The position numbers and the translations under genes were made by a program. Under the pieces are notes generated by a model. The model had not been told where the DNA came from. It saw only the letters and a program-made list of their open reading frames with translations, and ran no database searches. From an uncultured Gemmataceae bacterium (lineage in GTDB: Bacteria > Planctomycetota > Planctomycetia > Gemmatales > Gemmataceae), in contig CAVVPN010000003.1 in NCBI GenBank assembly GCA_963750165.1, positions 3,104,001-3,168,000 on the forward strand: a DNA stretch of 64,000 nucleotides. The letters are read 5' to 3'. This document shows, one piece after another, positions 57,718 to 64,000 of this stretch; positions within the stretch are counted from its first letter, which is position 1; the number at the start of each line of letters is the position of its first letter.

Positions 57718-57785
57718 GGCGAGCGGCGCGGCGTCAGCCCGCCGGTGCTTCCGAGTACCGGCGGGTTGACGCCGCGCCGCTCGCC
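57718..57785. repeat. REP palindrome (family D)
   Basis: GGCGAGCGGCGCGGCGTCAGCCCGCCGGT...ACCGGCGGGTTGACGCCGCGCCGCTCGCC; a half copy lies near 47900-47920. Confidence 0.7.
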
Positions 57786-57803
57786 CAGGACGAAATGCCG
57801 CCG

Positions 57804-59030
57804 CTATTTGCCCGCGGCCTTCGCCAGGAACCACGGCCGCGTGGTCGTGTCAGTCCTGAGAAACTCCAGCAGCAACCGGCCCGTCTTCTCCATGCCCGCC
57901 GGCGAATGATGTGTGCCGTCCTGCCCAAAGTCACTGGCGTCATGGCGGAAGCCGTCGGCGCGTTGCGTCGCGCCGTTGGCCCACAGGTACGGCCCCCAGC
58001 TCAGCCACGGTGCCTTGACCGCCCCCTTCGCCGGGTCGTAGTTCAGGGCCGGATCGCCCTTGATCTGCCGCTCGATCAGCCAGCGCACCGAGAAGCCGGA
58101 CTCATACGCATACGGCTCGGGGTTGAGCGGCGTCTTCGCGTAGCCGCCGTAGGTCCGGCTCGACAGGTACACCAGCTTGAGGTTGGGGAAACGGCCCGGT
58201 AGCAGCTGCACGATCCGCGTCAGCTCCGCCTCCAGCGTCTGGGCGTATTTCGGGAAGCCCGTGGTCGGCACGGCGTCGGCCTGCTTGATCCAGATCACCT
58301 GCACCTGCGCCCGCGTCACCCCGGCGGCCTTCAGCCGGTCGTCCACGGTCTTCCAGTACAGGGTGCCGCGTTTGCCGTCCTCAGGGTCCTGGATGGCCGC
58401 GGCGGTCATGCCGCCCTGCGCTCCGTTGACGAACACCAGTCGTGGATTCCGGTTCTTCTCGGACGGCAGCACTTTCTGAAAGCCCTGCGACAGCTGCGAC
58501 GTGTTGCTCATGCCGACCGACAGCAGCACGATCTTGCCGTTCGGAGCCGGCTTGCCGGCGGCGTCCAGCGGCTGTACCTGCCGGGCCAGGCGCCGGCCCG
58601 CCTCCTCGTGCGCCGCCGGTCGCTCATTCTTGCCGCCGGGGTACAGCCCACCCTCGTAGCCCTGGTACTTCTCGCGTCCCAGTTCGGTCAGCGGCTTCAG
58701 CTTCGACGTGTCCGCCGTGGGTTGGAAGGGGACATTCAGCTTCAAACCGACCAGCACGTCCGTGCCGCCCTGTTTCTCCGCCTTGAACATCACCTCGGAC
58801 CCGACCTTGAAACCGCGCAGACGCTCCTTGAGGGTCGCGCCCTGGCTGCCAAGCACCTTCGTCTGATCGTTCAGGATAAATTCCTGATCCTTGCCCGCGA
58901 CCGTCAGCGTCAGCGCCCGCCTGTCGAGGTCGATGCGCTTGACCGTGGCCTTACGGATGTCGCCGCCGCCGGCCAGCACCAGGCCGGCGACGAGCACGAG
59001 GCCGGCCAGCACCGTCAGCAACCGTGTCAT
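57804..59030 (-). CDS. Secreted SGNH-hydrolase-like protein with N-terminal OB-fold-like domain
   Basis: Signal peptide; LLSVGMSNT (block I-like), VNGAQGG, DGTHHS (DxxH); GGAG RBS. Confidence 0.6.
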   Translation of the reverse strand: MTRLLTVLAGLVLVAGLVLAGGGDIRKATVKRIDLDRRALTLTVAGKDQEFILNDQTKVLGSQGATLKERLRGFKVGSEVMFKAEKQGGTDVLVGLKLNVPFQPTADTSKLKPLTELGREKYQGYEGGLYPGGKNERPAAHEEAGRRLARQVQPLDAAGKPAPNGKIVLLSVGMSNTSQLSQGFQKVLPSEKNRNPRLVFVNGAQGGMTAAAIQDPEDGKRGTLYWKTVDDRLKAAGVTRAQVQVIWIKQADAVPTTGFPKYAQTLEAELTRIVQLLPGRFPNLKLVYLSSRTYGGYAKTPLNPEPYAYESGFSVRWLIERQIKGDPALNYDPAKGAVKAPWLSWGPYLWANGATQRADGFRHDASDFGQDGTHHSPAGMEKTGRLLLEFLRTDTTTRPWFLAKAAGK

Positions 59031-59085
59031 GGTGTCTCCTGAAATCGGCAAGTTGGAAACTTGCCGCCACGTCCGGTGACACAGC

Positions 59086-60978
59086 CTACTCTTTTCGAGC
59101 CGGGGCGGGCGCCGGCGGCGGCGGGGCTGGCACCGGACTGGCGCCGACGCCCGGGCGAGCGTCCAGGCCGCGCAACTTGTTGGTGAGGTCCTTGACGACG
59201 TTGGCCCGCTTCAGGAACAGCAGCGCAAAACAGGTGTCCGGGATGCCGGGGAAGCGATCCGTCCAGGAGCCGTTCTTCTGCTGGTTCTTCAGGATCAACT
59301 CGCTGCCCCAGGCGAACCAGTCCTTGTCGCCGATCTTCTTCAGGTCGTAGACCACCGCCACGCGCTCCACCGACCACAGGAAGTACAGGTCGCCCCAGGA
59401 GTCCGCGGCGAAATAGGTGCCCTTGAGCAGTTCCGGCCGGTCCAGCTTGCCCAGCTCCTGAACCACCGACCTCCGCTCGTCATCATCCTTGGCGTTGAGA
59501 TACTCCTTGATGAGTTCCAGCATCTTCGCCGCGTCCCGGTGCCGCTCTTCCTTTTTCTCCGGTTTGATGAGATAGGTGTGGCCGACCGCCTGCGTCAGGT
59601 ACTCCATGCCATGCGCGATGTTCGGGTCGTCCTTCAGGATGTTCCGGGCTTTCTGGTTCTTGTCCTTGCCCAGGGCCGGTTTGAGGTCGCCCTTGACAGC
59701 CTCGCTGACCGCCAGCGCGATCATGCCGGCGCAGGTGGTGGCGTCCTTCAGGCTCGGGGACCGCTCCGTGTAGCCCCAGCTGCCGTCCTTGTTCTGGATG
59801 TTGCGATAGCGCTGGCCGACACGCAGCAGGGCGTCGTCGGTTTTGATCTTGTGCCGCCGCGCCGTCCACAGCGCCAGGGTCATGAACTGGTTGATGGAAC
59901 TGTCCTCGCGGTTGTTGCCCTCGCCGGGTTCCGTGGGCGTGAAGGGGTCGCCGCGCTGGAACGCCTCCATCAAGGCCCTCTCGTTTTTGGGCGGCGGACA
60001 GTAATAGCCCCAGCCGCCCTTGACGTGCTGGTTCGCCAGGATGCGCGTGGTCAAACGGTGAATGACGGTCTCGTCCTCTTTCTGCAACTTTTCCAGTGGC
60101 GCCCGCTGTTCCTCCAACCGCTTGATGGCCTCCTGATTCTTGCCCGCCACCTTGTTCAGGCTTTCCAGTTGAGCCCGGATGTCGTCCAGTTTTTCCTTGC
60201 GCGACTGGTGCAGGCGGTCGAGGAACAGGATCGACAACGACAACGAGTAGGAGAAACTCAGGTTATCGGCGCTCGCGTGGACCGCGCGGTAAGCCACCTG
60301 GACGGCGGGATGGGTCGGTTCGACTTCACACTCCAGCAGCGTCAGCCCGGCCAGCGCCGAGGCGCCGACGTCGGAGGCTCGGGTCGGATAGTAGTAGAAC
60401 TTGTCCGCGGGCCGCTTGTCGTCCGCCAGCAGCTTGGCCTTCAGGTAGTCCACGCCCTTCGCGATGGCATTCTGAATCTCGATCTCACGCTTGGTCAACT
60501 TGGTCTGTGGGATGATCTTATCGCCGCCTTTGCCGCCGCTGCCGCCGGTGTTCTCGGTCTGCTTGTTCTCCGGCGACTTCGTGTCGCTGGACTTGTTGAA
60601 GAGGCCGCCGAAGTAGGCCGCCAGGACACCGCCGGCCGCCAGCAGCAGGACCAGGCCCACGACCACCAGGGTGAGCGCCAGGCCATTGCCCTTTTTCGGC
60701 TTGTAGCCACGCCGCGAACGGTTGCGCGGCGTCAGCATCGGTTCCGGGGCGGAGGGGGCGGAGCGGACGGCGGTGGAAGCAGGCCCACGGGCCGCCGGGC
60801 CGCGGGCGCCAGGCGCGCCGGCACGAACCGGAGCGGCGGGCGGCGCCGCCGGGGCGCCAGGCGGTGCCGCCACGGTGAACATGGTGCTGCACTTCGGGCA
60901 CTGGACCCGCACCGGCAGCGCCTGCGCGATTTGGAGCACGGTTTTGCAGGTGGGACAGGCGCACTTCATGGCGTTCAT
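59086..60978 (-). CDS. Zn-ribbon + TM + prenyltransferase/squalene-cyclase-like (QW-repeat) protein
   Basis: CPTC...CPKC, Pro/Ala linker, TM, AIAKGVDYL, QHVKGGWGY, QNKDGSWGY, YFLWSVERV, QQKNGSW, DTCFALLFL. Confidence 0.75.
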   Translation of the reverse strand: MNAMKCACPTCKTVLQIAQALPVRVQCPKCSTMFTVAAPPGAPAAPPAAPVRAGAPGARGPAARGPASTAVRSAPSAPEPMLTPRNRSRRGYKPKKGNGLALTLVVVGLVLLLAAGGVLAAYFGGLFNKSSDTKSPENKQTENTGGSGGKGGDKIIPQTKLTKREIEIQNAIAKGVDYLKAKLLADDKRPADKFYYYPTRASDVGASALAGLTLLECEVEPTHPAVQVAYRAVHASADNLSFSYSLSLSILFLDRLHQSRKEKLDDIRAQLESLNKVAGKNQEAIKRLEEQRAPLEKLQKEDETVIHRLTTRILANQHVKGGWGYYCPPPKNERALMEAFQRGDPFTPTEPGEGNNREDSSINQFMTLALWTARRHKIKTDDALLRVGQRYRNIQNKDGSWGYTERSPSLKDATTCAGMIALAVSEAVKGDLKPALGKDKNQKARNILKDDPNIAHGMEYLTQAVGHTYLIKPEKKEERHRDAAKMLELIKEYLNAKDDDERRSVVQELGKLDRPELLKGTYFAADSWGDLYFLWSVERVAVVYDLKKIGDKDWFAWGSELILKNQQKNGSWTDRFPGIPDTCFALLFLKRANVVKDLTNKLRGLDARPGVGASPVPAPPPPAPAPARKE

Positions 60979-61290
60979 TTCACGTCGCCTTTTGCCTGGA
61001 TGATGCCGCGGAGATCGGGGACTTGAATGAGTATACCGGGTCGGCGCCGCCGCTGCCAAGAGAAAGCCGCGAATGACCAGGAGACGGACTCATCTCACAC
61101 CCACCTCTGTCTGCCCCCAGGGGCCGCGCAGACTCCCCGTCCGCAGCCCCAACCCCGGCTCCGCCCAGAGAACTTTCCACCAGGCGCGGAGCAAGAAGCG
61201 CACGGCCCTGGCGCTCCCGCTTGCAAACCCCCGGTCCCGCAGCTAAAATAAGGCGGTGGAGAAATGATGAAAAAAGCCAAGGAGATCGCC

Positions 61291-61992
61291 ATGAATTATG
61301 AGATGCGTTACAACATCGCCGCCGCCGCGAGCCAGGGCGAACGCGCCACGTTCATCCGCCGCACCTACGCCCACCTGGCCGGCGCCATTCTGGCGTTCGC
61401 CGGCATCGAGGCGGCCCTGCTGCAGCTGCCCGGTATCGAAAACGTCGTCCGCGGCATGACCAGCGGTTACATGTGGCTGGTCGTCATGCTCGCCTTTATG
61501 GGCGTCGGCTACCTGGCGGAGTACTGGGCGCAGAGCAACACCTCGCGCGAACTGCAATACGCCGGCCTGGCCCTGTACACCGTGGCCGAGGCGGTCATCT
61601 TCCTGCCGCTGATGTACATCGCCAAGGTGTACTACCCCGACGCCATCCCGGTCGCGGGCATTCTGACGCTGGGCATTTTCGGCGGCCTGACGGCAACCGT
61701 GTTCCTGACGCAGAAGGACTTCACCTTCCTGCGGCCGGTCCTGACCATCGGCAGCCTGCTGGCCCTGGCGCTCATCGTCGCCGGCATCCTGTTCGGCTTC
61801 AACCTGGGCCTGTTCTTCTGCTTCGCAATGGTGGCCCTGATTAGCGGCTACATCCTGTACTACACCTCGGGGCTGCTGTACCACTACCGCACCGACCAGT
61901 ACGTCGCCGCCTCGCTGGCGCTGTTCGCCTCCGTCGCGGTGCTGTTCTGGTACATCCTGCGGATCGTGATGGCCTCCTCCAGCCGTAACTGA
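61291..61992 (+). CDS. Bax inhibitor-1/YccA family membrane protein
   Basis: ERATFIRRTYAHL, KDFTFL, ILYYTS, YVAASLALF; about 7 TMs. Alternative start 61264. Confidence 0.9.
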   Translation: MNYEMRYNIAAAASQGERATFIRRTYAHLAGAILAFAGIEAALLQLPGIENVVRGMTSGYMWLVVMLAFMGVGYLAEYWAQSNTSRELQYAGLALYTVAEAVIFLPLMYIAKVYYPDAIPVAGILTLGIFGGLTATVFLTQKDFTFLRPVLTIGSLLALALIVAGILFGFNLGLFFCFAMVALISGYILYYTSGLLYHYRTDQYVAASLALFASVAVLFWYILRIVMASSSRN

Positions 61993-62111
61993 CAACCGAT
62001 TGTTGAACTCGTGAACGTTTCAGGCCGGGCGATGCGAACATCGCCCGGCCTTTCGCTTTTCCTGATTGTCCCGGATTGTGGGGTTGAGATGCAACGCCTT
62101 CGGCATCACGT

Positions 62112-63026
62112 TCAGCCCCGCAGGGCGGCCTGGGTCTCTTTCGACGGCACGCGCACCTTCCACGCCAGGCCGCACAGGGCCAGGCCGCGGATGACCCAGT
62201 AGCTCACGTCGAGCTGCCACCAGCGCAGGCCGTGGCGGGCCGAGGTCGGGAAGGCGTGATGGTTGTTGTGCCAGCCTTCGCCCAGCGCGAGCACGCCAAA
62301 CACGAAGTTGTTCTTGCTGCGGTCGTTCGTCTGGAAGGGCTGGCCGCCCCACAGATGGCAGACGGAGTTGATGCTCCAGGTGACGTGATGCACCAGGAAC
62401 ATGCGAACCGCGCCGCCCCATAAAAAGCCCAGGAAGGCGCCCGTCCAGGTGCCCGTCAGCACGCCGCCGAGGGCGGCCGGCAGCGCCAGGCCGAGAACCA
62501 CCCAGAGCGGGAATAGACTATCGAGGACGCGGTTGGTCGGACTGCGGCGGAGGTCGCTGGCGTAGTGGGCCAGGTTCGGCGGGTCGGGCGTGAACAGCCA
62601 GCCGATGTGGGCGCTCCAGAACCCATAAACCAGGCTGAAGAAACCCTGGCCGAAGCGGTAGGGCGAGTGCCGGTCGGCGTGTGAGTCGCTGTGCTGGTGA
62701 TGGTGGCGGTGCGTGGCCACCCAGGCCAGCAGTGGCCCCTCGGCGGCCATGGAGCCGAGCACGCCCAGGACGGCCCGCACCCAGCCGTGCGTTTCAAAGG
62801 CCCGATGCGTGAACAGGCGGTGGAAGCCGACGGTGATGCCCAGGACGGTCAGGACGTACATGACCCCCGCCATCTCCAGGTCCAACCAGGTAACGCCCCA
62901 GCCCCACAGGGCCGCGATGGCAACCACCAGGCCGATAAACGGCAGCACGATGACGGAGAGGTTGGCCAGGCGCACGGCCAGGGGGATGCCCGCGGCGGGC
63001 GGAGCGGTTGTGGTCGGAACGGTCAT
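62112..63026 (-). CDS. Delta-9 acyl-CoA/acyl-lipid desaturase
   Basis: His boxes HRLFTH, HRHHH, HNNHH; INSVCH; GEGW; SARHG. Confidence 0.93.
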   Translation of the reverse strand: MTVPTTTAPPAAGIPLAVRLANLSVIVLPFIGLVVAIAALWGWGVTWLDLEMAGVMYVLTVLGITVGFHRLFTHRAFETHGWVRAVLGVLGSMAAEGPLLAWVATHRHHHQHSDSHADRHSPYRFGQGFFSLVYGFWSAHIGWLFTPDPPNLAHYASDLRRSPTNRVLDSLFPLWVVLGLALPAALGGVLTGTWTGAFLGFLWGGAVRMFLVHHVTWSINSVCHLWGGQPFQTNDRSKNNFVFGVLALGEGWHNNHHAFPTSARHGLRWWQLDVSYWVIRGLALCGLAWKVRVPSKETQAALRG

Positions 63027-63305
63027 GAAAGCACTTTCCCCAAAGGGACTTCGATTGAGTTGAACGCGCCGGCAGGAGACTCCTGCTTGTCGGCGCGAAC
63101 ACGGAATGGGAAAAGTGGGCGGGTGTTGCAGGATGAGGCGACGGGGAGGGCAGAACAGGCACACCACGGTTGAGAAGGTTTCCCATCCGACGAGTGTATT
63201 ATACACCAAAAAATTAATATATCCAGACCGCGCCGCCCGAAGGGTGGCGTCAGCCAAAGGCGAGCGGGAGCGCACGCCCCCGGCTCGCCTCCATCCGGTG
63301 CTGGT

Positions 63306-64000
63306 TCATGCCTGCAGGCGCTGGCGGGCTGGCGGTTCCTCGGCGACGGTCTCCTCCTCGCCGCGCAGCAGATAGCCCTCGCCCCAGCGCGTCAGGATCA
63401 GCGGCAGGGCATGGCCCTTGTCGATCTTGCCGCGCAGGTAGCGGATGAAGACATCCACCACGTTGGAGGTGTTGGTGCTGTCGCCGGCGTACAGGTGCTC
63501 GCAGATCATGGCGCGGCTGACGACGCGGCCGCGGTGGAACGCCAGGAACTGCAACAGTGCGTACTCCTTGCGCGTCAGCCGGATGGTTTCGCCGCAGCGC
63601 TTGACGACGCGCGTGTTGGTGTCGATCTCCAGGTCGTGGACGCGGATCACGGGGTCGTAGATGCGGTGCAGGCGCCGCACCAGGACGCGGGCGTGCGCCA
63701 CCAACTCCAGGGCGGCGACCGGTCGGGTCAGCACGGCGTCGGCGCCCGCCTCCAGGGCGCGGAGCCGGTCGCCCAGGTAATCCACGGCCGTCAGCGCCAG
63801 GATGGGCGTGCTCACCCCCTGGCCGCGCCAGTCGCGCAGCAGCTGGAGGCTGTCCACCGTGGGCAGGTGCAGGTCGAGCACCATCAGATCAAATCGCACG
63901 GCCCGCAGCAGTCCCTCCGTCACGGCCAAAGTGGGCGCGACATCGACGCTAAAGCCTTCGGCACGCAGCGTCCGCCGCAGTGACGCCGCCTCCGTCTTCT
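63306..64000 (-). CDS. OmpR/PhoB-family response regulator (5' end outside the window)
   Basis: LMVLDLHLP, PILALTA, GADA, LTRKEY.LL, SNVVDVFIRYLRGKID, TRWGEGY; frame is open to the window edge. Confidence 0.9.
   Translation of the reverse strand, partial: KTEAASLRRTLRAEGFSVDVAPTLAVTEGLLRAVRFDLMVLDLHLPTVDSLQLLRDWRGQGVSTPILALTAVDYLGDRLRALEAGADAVLTRPVAALELVAHARVLVRRLHRIYDPVIRVHDLEIDTNTRVVKRCGETIRLTRKEYALLQFLAFHRGRVVSRAMICEHLYAGDSTNTSNVVDVFIRYLRGKIDKGHALPLILTRWGEGYLLRGEEETVAEEPPARQRLQA

Noticed and set aside
1..64000. tRNA/rRNA genes, prophage, integrase, reverse transcriptase (DGR/retron)
   Set aside because: No such motifs or structures were seen in any frame or intergenic region.

Overview
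GC-rich bacterial window that is almost certainly Planctomycetota, probably Gemmataceae-like. The evidence is the LEQLEVREVP planctomycete extracellular signal, a kinase-WD40 fusion, GDPLP..RLGT WD40 proteins, a TIGR02996-like remnant and typical REP palindromes. Contents in order: a 3999-aa surface protein (autotransporter-type beta-strand repeats, Ig-like domains, C-terminal cohesin-dockerin-cohesin); a YchF-like NTPase; a tandem HtrA-like protease pair; housekeeping and metabolic genes (glgC, hemG/hemY, UDP-glucuronate decarboxylase, leuCD, MFS, moeA, trmB, fabZ-like, GH5-like, delta-9 desaturase); an HTTM plus partner pair; and a tightly coupled five-gene MoxR/RavA-AAA + degenerate vWA + TPR/beta-propeller operon (37069-45122). 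That operon resembles the computationally predicted MoxR-vWA-beta-propeller ternary conflict systems and is the most interesting locus. Intergenic DNA carries a ~211-bp MITE-like element (13-bp TIRs, TA flanks, internal 9-bp triple repeats) with degenerate relatives, and several REP families. Seven reading-frame breaks in six genes are each repaired by adding one G or C, which points to long-read indel errors rather than pseudogenes. No tRNA, rRNA or CRISPR array was seen. All family calls come from reading motifs by eye, not from database searches.
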